A stretch of 24,000 nucleotides of DNA from Octadecabacter dasysiphoniae (GTDB lineage: Bacteria > Pseudomonadota > Alphaproteobacteria > Rhodobacterales > Rhodobacteraceae): positions 1,334,897-1,358,896 of the forward strand of contig NZ_JAKGAQ010000001.1 in NCBI RefSeq assembly GCF_021532615.1, given 5' to 3'. Of the stretch, positions 23,748 to 24,000 are shown in pieces; position 1 is the first letter of the stretch, and each line of letters starts with the position of its first letter. The notes below the pieces were generated by a model that did no database searches, was not told where the DNA came from, and saw nothing but the letters and a program-made list of their open reading frames with translations. The position numbers were made by a program, and so were the translations under genes.

Positions 23748-24000
23748 CTAGCGCTGCATCAAATCCAGAAGGGCGTCCATGTTGGGCGCCCTTTTTGTGT
23801 GCGTGGCATCCCATAAAAGCTGTTCATCCTGCCCAATCAACGCGCGGCCTTTGCGGCGCAGCTTTTGGCTCCGGTCCTCAAATGGCAACGACGCAGTTAG
23901 ATCGTGGTGCAGCGTTGTCGTGCCAGCGGGTGATGAAATGTCCACAATAGCTTCAGTTTCGGACAATGTGTCATTGCCAACAACGCGTACCTTTTGCGCC
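23748..24000 (-). CDS. Hypothetical protein, C-terminal fragment (ORF open to the window end)
   Basis: The ORF-track entry starts at an internal TTG (23966), but the frame stays open to 24000 (...AQKVRVVGNDTLSETEAIVDISSPAG...). Codon usage looks plausible. I recognise no family. The last ~17 codons are encoded by the amt terminator hairpin. Confidence 0.4.
   Translation of the reverse strand, partial: AQKVRVVGNDTLSETEAIVDISSPAGTTTLHHDLTASLPFEDRSQKLRRKGRALIGQDEQLLWDATHTKRAPNMDALLDLMQR
23769..23800 (+). terminator. Rho-independent terminator of amt
   Basis: AAGGGCGTCCA-tgt-TGGGCGCCCTT followed by TTTGTGTG gives an 11-bp stem. It includes one U.G pair that exists only in the plus-strand RNA. 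It begins 23 nt after the amt stop. Confidence 0.6.

Noticed and set aside
1-24000. Search for a defence island, mobile element, CRISPR array, toxin-antitoxin pair or other accessory system
   Set aside because: No direct-repeat arrays were found. There are no transposase, integrase or recombinase-like ORFs, no tRNA integration target, no nuclease, helicase or methylase genes, and no long AT-rich island. Gene order matches the conserved alphaproteobacterial dusB-ntrBC-ntrYX-trkAH-hfq-hflX and ispDF-pgpA-cinA neighbourhoods. Claiming a novel system here would not be supported by the sequence.

Overview
This window looks like a densely packed, fairly GC-rich alphaproteobacterial chromosome segment, probably Rhodobacterales-like. 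That call rests on the Hfq and NtrC sequences and on the synteny. Most of it is conserved housekeeping. The minus strand carries the classic block dusB(nifR3)-ntrB-ntrC-ntrY-ntrX-trkA-trkH-hfq-hflX (8257-20141). The plus strand carries ispDF-pgpA-cinA followed by an orphan ammonium transporter gene (20313-23746). The left third holds a partial yicC, a PAS_5-type gene, a class II DAHP synthase, a GlxA/AraC-type regulator, two small exported proteins, a beta-hydroxyacid dehydrogenase-family oxidoreductase and a penicillin-acylase-family Ntn hydrolase. I see no rRNA, tRNA, CRISPR array, transposase, integrase or phage genes. I also see no multi-gene cassette that I could defend as a new defence or mobile system. 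The least explained part is the pair of translationally coupled, distantly paralogous 4-Cys exported small proteins at 4024-4820, just downstream of the regulator. Other points worth a second look: (1) all four convergent gene junctions have -9 to +6 nt of spacing, with stem-loops embedded in the 3' coding end of the partner gene; (2) a 13-bp leader hairpin masks the amt Shine-Dalgarno; (3) a 14-nt-arm dyad lies in front of the GlxA-type gene; (4) both NtrC and NtrX lack the GAFTGA sigma-54 contact motif, which is known for this lineage; (5) several start codons need correcting, because the ORF track extends ORFs to TTG codons. All product calls come from reading the translations by eye. No searches were run.
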